64,000 bases of DNA. Source: Callorhinchus milii (Eukaryota). How positions within the stretch are numbered: position 1 is the first letter of the stretch; each line of letters begins with the position of its first letter. Shown one piece after another: positions 61,461-64,000 of this stretch. The position numbers were made by a program, and so were the translations under genes. Under the pieces are notes generated by a model. The model worked only from the letters and a program-made list of their open reading frames with translations, was not told the origin of the DNA and did no database searches. Where the stretch lies: contig NW_024704742.1 of NCBI RefSeq assembly GCF_018977255.1, positions 126,358,001 to 126,422,000 of the forward strand, in the 5' to 3' direction.

Positions 61461-61807
61461 AAAGCACACACAGAATAATGGAATGTAAGATGTTTAATGC
61501 CCTGAGATGCAGTCTTTCACCATTGAACCATTCACCAAAATGGTAAACATGCTAGGAAATAGCTGATGCATTTCAGAGCATCTTAAACAGTGGAGCTTCT
61601 GGGAGTTGACTATGATCCCAGATTACCAGCATTTTGGTTCTCTAGTGGGACTCTCGAAATGGGGCAAAATAGTTCATAAAGAGAAAAATGGTAATGATAG
61701 TGGTGTCCATATATCTAATGTTTATGAGTCTTTGGCAAACTTAAAATGAAAAGAATTATTAGAAAAGTGAAAATAAAATTTGAGAGGATCACTAATTAGT
61801 TGATATT

Positions 61808-62180
61808 AAATAATAATCCTAGCATTTGCTATAACCCCTTATCACATCTATGAGATGTACCACTGTGTTTCACAGGATATACTGTAAAATGAATTGACTG
61901 TATACTTTGTGGCCGAAACTCAGCCATCAATTGCGCACAGTAGTGTCCCATAAACAATCGTGGCTTAAGTGACCAAATTATTAGTATTTTTTGTTTAATT
62001 ATTTACTTTTTTGAAGGGATTATTATCCCCCGAAAAGCAACCCACCAACCATTTAACAACCAGGTTTCTATTTATGGCTGAGTGAATAGAGGCTTGTGGA
62101 GTAAGGAAACTTGTCCAACATTTCACCCTCCTCGGAATCGAACCCAAGACCTTGCGAAGCGAGTGCTCTTCCATTCAACA
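61808..62180 (-). mobile_element. tRNA-derived SINE, long form, near full length
   Basis: Reverse complement: GAGCACTCGCTTCGCAAG..GGTTCGATTCC..CAAGTTTCCTTACTCCACAAGCCTCTATTCACTCAGCCATAAATAGAAACCTGG.. Confidence 0.87.
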
Positions 62181-62189
62181 CAATGCTCT

Positions 62190-62660
62190 GATTCAGCGCT
62201 TTGGGATGTCCTTCCGATGTGAAAGGCGCTATACAAATGTAATTTGTTGTCGTTTGTTGTTGATTAATTCAACTATAGAGTTTAAGACACTCATCCTTAC
62301 TTTAAAAGCTCTCCACAGTCTTGCTCCTCCCTAACTCTGCAACCTGTTAAAATCTTACCGATATGCCCTCTCCCACTGCTCAGTGGGCTTCATGTCCCCT
62401 GCTTGCCCCACCATCGGCATCGTGCCATCAACCTTTCTGACCCAACCCTCTGCAACTTCATCCTGGAATCCCTTCACCTCGCCCCCTCCCTTGACTCCTC
62501 AAGGCACTTCTTCAAGACCTTCCTCTTCGACAATGCCTTTGGTCATCCTTCCACCCCTCTTGATTCCAACGACCAGTTCGGGTGTAAACCCTTGACTGTC
62601 CAGCACATTGGGATGTCCTCCCGACGTGAAAGGCGCTATTTAAATCCAATGTGTTGTTTA
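62190..62660 (+). mobile_element. L2 tail (62190-62260) plus L2 3' fragment (62270-62660)
   Basis: Two stem-loop tails; IEFKTLILTLKALHSLAPP. Confidence 0.85.
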
Positions 62661-62751
62661 TATCTGAAAACAACAGAATTCAGAGAAAAGGAGGCATTAA
62701 TATGGAGGACGATAAACTTTTGACATTGCCTGTCTGTTGGGATTATAAAAC

Positions 62752-62915
62752 AAAACAAAATTTTAAAACAAAACAATAATAAATTGGTCATTTTCAATCC
62801 ACGACTGTTTGTGGGACGTTGCTATGCACAATTGGCTGCTACATTTTCTGTGAAGCGCTTTGAGACGTCTAGAAAACGTGAAAAGCGCAATATCAAATTC
62901 AAGGATTATTATTAT
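62752..62915 (+). mobile_element. SINE 3' portion
   Basis: AATTGGTCATTTTCAATCCACGACTGTTTGTGGG..tail. Confidence 0.85.
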
Positions 62916-63597
62916 TGTAATATGAAATATACATTTAACCCTTGTTAACCCTAACTCTGCTTTTAAAAAGAAGCTAAATAATGTGTTCATTTTGGTTTCA
63001 AAATCAGTAATAAAGAGTACAGATTTATTTGCACAGTTTGGACTGTGTTTTATAGGCAGTAATAGCCCCGACACTAATCAAACCACATTACATTTAAAGT
63101 GGAACCATATAATATAAAGATTATTTGTTAATGTGTATCCTAGACTGTACTGCACCCAAGGTTCCATTTTATTGAGCTGCAAAAGCAGGAATGATTAGGT
63201 TCAGTGTGACTCTTTTATTTATTGTTCTATATTTCTCTCCTCACTATCTACCCCTCACATAGCACACAGTTCCCCAACCAAGAGGGCAGGTAGGTGTCCT
63301 GGTCTGGGGCTTCTGCCCAGAACAACTCTTTCAGTGACCATTAGGAAGGCCAGGGAAGTAATTTGGGCTGAATTGTACTCTGATGTTAATCAGCTTCCTT
63401 CCTGTAGGAAAGCACTTTCTCTATTCTCACTGCCTCCCCAGGCAGCCTGACTAATCTCAGGAACTCACTATGTGGGGAGGTAGAGGAGAAAGCCTAAGGG
63501 AAGATCAAACAGATACAGACCCAGAATAATTCTGCCATTTGCTTGGTTGGAGCTGGCTGCTTGTGGGAACGGTGTGTGGTATAGTGAGAGAGCAAAA

Positions 63598-63745
63598 CAA
63601 TTGGTCACTCAATCCACGACTGCGTTTCGCCCACAAATTATATAGTCAATTCATTTTACAGTATATTCTGTGAAGCACTCTGAGACATCTTGAAGACATG
63701 ATAAGGCGCTATATCAAATGCAAGGGTTATTATTATCATTATTAT
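63598..63745 (+). mobile_element. SINE 3' portion
   Basis: TTGGTCACTCAATCCACGAC..AAGGCGCTATATCAAATGCAAG. Confidence 0.82.
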
Positions 63746-64000
63746 CTCAAATGAGGAGAAAATAGAATGTCCCTTTTATGCACAAAACTACCAGCTGAAT
63801 AGTGGCTTAAAATGCTGTGACAATGATCCAAAGGCTTAGAGTAAAATGGCTCAAGTTCTGTCCATAATTTCCCATGCATTGAATTCCAAATCTCAACCAG
63901 GATACCAGAGTGAGGAACCCAGCATTGGCCAAGTGAAAGGAGAGACAGAAAAAAGAGGCTGAGATGGCCTTGTTTGCACTGATGAGAGGGGAGGGAGGAA

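Overview
Vertebrate, AT-rich, retroposon-dense genomic DNA. The repeat complement points to a cartilaginous fish, plausibly a holocephalan such as elephant shark (inference). It comprises shark-type CR1 LINEs, L2 LINEs with (TTG)n tails, SacSINE1-like DeuSINEs and a tRNA-Ala-headed SINE with an L2-type tail. Every long ORF in the track is a LINE ORF2 fragment or its antisense shadow, and no intact autonomous element or recognisable host protein is present. Non-repeat signals are tentative: three phase-compatible minus-strand candidate exons (58229-53350), a possible plus-strand promoter and first exon near 42.0-42.3 kb, and several TE-free CNE-like blocks. The most interesting observations are: a mosaic SINE (tRNA + CORE/Meta-like + half Deu domain + L2 tail) with a compensatory base-pair change in the LINE-recognition stem; two young ~0.97-kb L2 copies sharing their 5' end and a 3' duplication; an invertebrate-type CR1 (Zenon-like) fossil; an unclassified ancient repeat in four copies; repeated nested insertions; and several hairpins. 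I found no evidence for a new protein-based system. Repeat boundaries were set by eye and are approximate (about 10-30 nt) unless a TSD is quoted.
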